Source: Eledone cirrhosa
Lineage: Eukaryota
Reading direction: 5' to 3'
DNA length: 64,000 nt
Assembly (NCBI GenBank): GCA_964016885.1
Contig: OZ024742.1
Coordinates: 206,336,001-206,400,000, forward strand
Each line of letters starts with the position of its first letter. Positions within the stretch are counted from its first letter, which is position 1. Below the pieces are notes generated by a model, which saw only the letters and a list, made by a program, of their open reading frames with translations, was not told where the DNA came from and made no database searches. Shown piece after piece: positions 61,385 through 64,000 of the stretch. Made by a program: the position numbers and the translations under genes.

Positions 61385-61835
61385 TATTCCATTCATGTTT
61401 TCTATTTAATTTTGGTTGGAGTTCATTTATGCTTATTGCCTCTGTGATTTGTCTAAACATTGCGTCTTTTCTTTGTGTAGATTTATTTTTATTTCTATGT
61501 TCTATAATTTGCCCATATGTTCTATTTTAGCATGTTGGTGGAGTATTGATGATTCTTTTCTATCTTGAAGCTCTAGCCAGTGTTCATTTAACCGTTCTCC
61601 TATACTACGAGCTGTCTCACCTATGTACACTATATTCTTATCTTTACATTGTCCTTCAGTACATCTTATGCTATATACTATGTTTCTAGTTTTACAGTTA
61701 ATATGGGGGCTTAGTTTACAGATTATGCATTTCTTATCTATACAGGGAGGTCTTTGAAAAGGGTATGTATTACTAATAAGTATTTTTATGGAGGTACCTG
61801 GTCTTTCTACTATCTTAATATTAAGTTTAAGTTTA
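61385..61835 (-). pseudogene. PLE GIY-YIG endonuclease fragment of a non-Naiad clade (missed by the ORF track)
   Basis: PPCIDKKCIICK....NCKTRNIVYSIRCTEGQCKDKNIVYIGETARSIGERLNEH...SSILHQHA...FRQITEAISINELQPKLNRKHEW; one stop and one frameshift. Confidence 0.88.
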
Positions 61836-61988
61836 TCTAGGGCCCTTCAATAATTAAATATATACGCATCCATATACGTACATACACATGCATACGGAAA
61901 AACACTCGCCATGCATATACAAGCACGTACACATAAACACGCTCGACACCCGTACCCGCACACATACGAACGTATACACCGAATACAC

Positions 61989-62059
<71 letters not shown>

Positions 62060-62287
62060 ATACATATAATTATATAAACGTATATAAATAAACACACATA
62101 AATACGTATATAACGCACGCACACCTATAGGTAAATACACATATGTTCACGAAACGTACGTCAACCAAAACATAAAGTACACATAAAGTACACATAATCA
62201 CACCTTACATACATGCAAATACGCATACACACACATACACAAAATACACATAACCATATACACATGTACCAGTATATATAATATAAT

Positions 62288-62470
62288 TGTTTCTATTTTA
62301 GGCACAAGGCCAGCAATTACACAGTACATTACTGGTACTTTATTTTATCGACCCCGTAAGGATGAAAGGCAAAGTTAACCTCGGCGGGATTTGAACTCAG
62401 ATCATAAAGGGACGTAACTCTATGCTTCAAAGCATGGTGTCCGACTCTCTACCGATACTGCCAATCCACC
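62288..62470 (-). mobile_element. SINE family 2 with TSD
   Basis: AGTATATATAATATAAT at 62271-62287 and 62471-62487. Confidence 0.87.
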
Positions 62471-62648
62471 AGTATATATAATATAATATATACACCTATA
62501 ACAAATAAAAGCAAATATGCGTACGAGAAAGTATACGTACATTCACAAAACATACGGGTATAGTATACTTACCTATACAAATAAGTAATGGTATAAACAT
62601 ATGCTTAGCTACCACAACAAGACGTAAATTATTTGCGTATTGTTCGTA

Positions 62649-64000
62649 CTATCCGTTAGGGTATAATGTGGGGCTGTAATACAGGAAAGTGTTATGCAAT
62701 TTCTGTTTACAAGCCGAAATAGCCTCAGATTTTTTGTTTAAGATGAGGTCATTGGAGTAGAGTATTTCCAGGGCTTCAGCGGCACAAAGATCGCATGGTC
62801 TTTTATTTCCGTTATACGATCTAAATTTAGCTAGGATCTCCCAGTGTAACCTATATTGGGTGTGGTTGTCTTTTAGACGCCAGATAAAAGCTGAAAGTGA
62901 CGTCATATTCATTCTTAAAGGGTTAAAAAAAGAATGGTTGTGCATGTAAAGACGCTGCTTGAATCTATTGGTGGTTAACCCTACGTAGGCCCTACGGGAC
63001 GTGAGTGTTACGGCCTTACATTTGTAGACAATGTTACTGGAGAGGCATTTCCCAGATAGAAGGATGTCAACCCGATTCCTACAATTACAGTTAGTACTAG
63101 CTACAGGGTTGAACGTATTCCTACGGTTAGGTAATTTAGCTAAATTTCAAGCAGTGATATTATGTGCAAGGTTAGGAGTCGTAGAGTAAGATATTTTAAT
63201 GGTATTTCTATTTAAAATGTTATTATATTTATGTGCTGGGGGAAATGCTTCTTAATAAGGGAGAGAAAGATCTTAGCTAATGGTGTGGCCACCTCCTCAT
63301 TATATAGTGGGTTATACCATATAATGCGTCGGCATCTATTTTTCCTTGGTCTATGCTCATACTTAGTATATGCTACCTTATCGACGAATCCACTCCGAGC
63401 AAGAACTTCATTGTAATATGTGGAATGGTCGCTGAAAATATGCTCGTTTGTAGATAGACGGGAAAGCCTCAAAGAAACGTTTCTTACCAGGTTGTTGGTT
63501 ATGCTAGCAGGACGGTTAGAATGCTTACTGATGTACGTAAGCGTATCATTCGGCTTTCTATACGGATAGTGAAAGCCATTCGACAAATTGAGGGTAACGT
63601 CGAGGTAATTAACGACCGAGAGGTTGGCCTCAACCTGTATGGAGACGTTGATGCCTTTAAAGAAGGCTGTGAGTTCTTTTATGAACCTGTCGCAAGCGCG
63701 TGGACCACACTTTGTCATGGTCAAACCACCGCCCACGTTGGGGAATTCTTCCTTGATAGAGAAAAGAAGGAAAAGGCCGATAAGATCAGTAACCTCCGCC
63801 GAATCGCTGGCGCCCATACTCACGTCAAATGGGGTACTATTAGATTTTTTAATCCAAATAGAATCGTCGAAATTAATCACCGACTTAATGGCATTGAGGA
63901 TGACATCAACTTCGAAATCCTTAACCACCGTGAGCGTTTTAGCGAAATTGATAGCTCTAAGAAGAAGTGGTAAAGTGATGGAGGAGTAGTAGTTATTGAT
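62649..64000 (-). mobile_element. Second Naiad-like PLE (RT plus GIY-YIG), decayed, runs off the right edge
   Basis: WIKK...FDVSMGASDSAEVTDLIGL..VNYLDVTLNL..PYRKPN..YISKHSNRP..IIWYNP; CNCRN..GKCLSSNIVYKC..YVGLTTNRFKQRLYMH..FIWRLK..CDLCAAE. Confidence 0.9.

Overview
AT-rich, repeat-saturated animal genomic DNA with no confidently identifiable host gene. It is most likely an octopus or other coleoid cephalopod, inferred from the SINE types, RTE LINEs and dense (TA)n tracts. Bases 1-15.5 kb are a 21-bp minisatellite (GGTGGTAGTGGTTACAGTAAT) with higher-order repeats; the Val-rich and His-rich ORFs there are artefacts. The remainder holds RTE-clade LINEs (two with long intact RT ORFs carrying an inserted PHD-type finger), Tx1-like LINEs that appear to prime at TATCT/(TATC)n, a mariner relic, a non-autonomous Helitron, two tRNA-SINE families and three Penelope-like elements (PLEs). 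The most interesting signal, invisible in the ORF track, is a family of small non-coding elements sitting in (TA)n tracts. They carry minimal type I hammerhead ribozymes: six apparently intact (two with a U3-A8 core) and several decayed or with long stem-II inserts. Many have an inverted-arm plus tail layout, and many end in a shared stem-loop (YACTC-N16-18-GAGTRC) 35-56 nt from the 3' end that also ends the coding PLE at 58-59.8 kb. This looks like a PLE-mobilised retrozyme/pLTR system. All structures and alignments were read by eye; boundaries are approximate and nothing was searched or computed.
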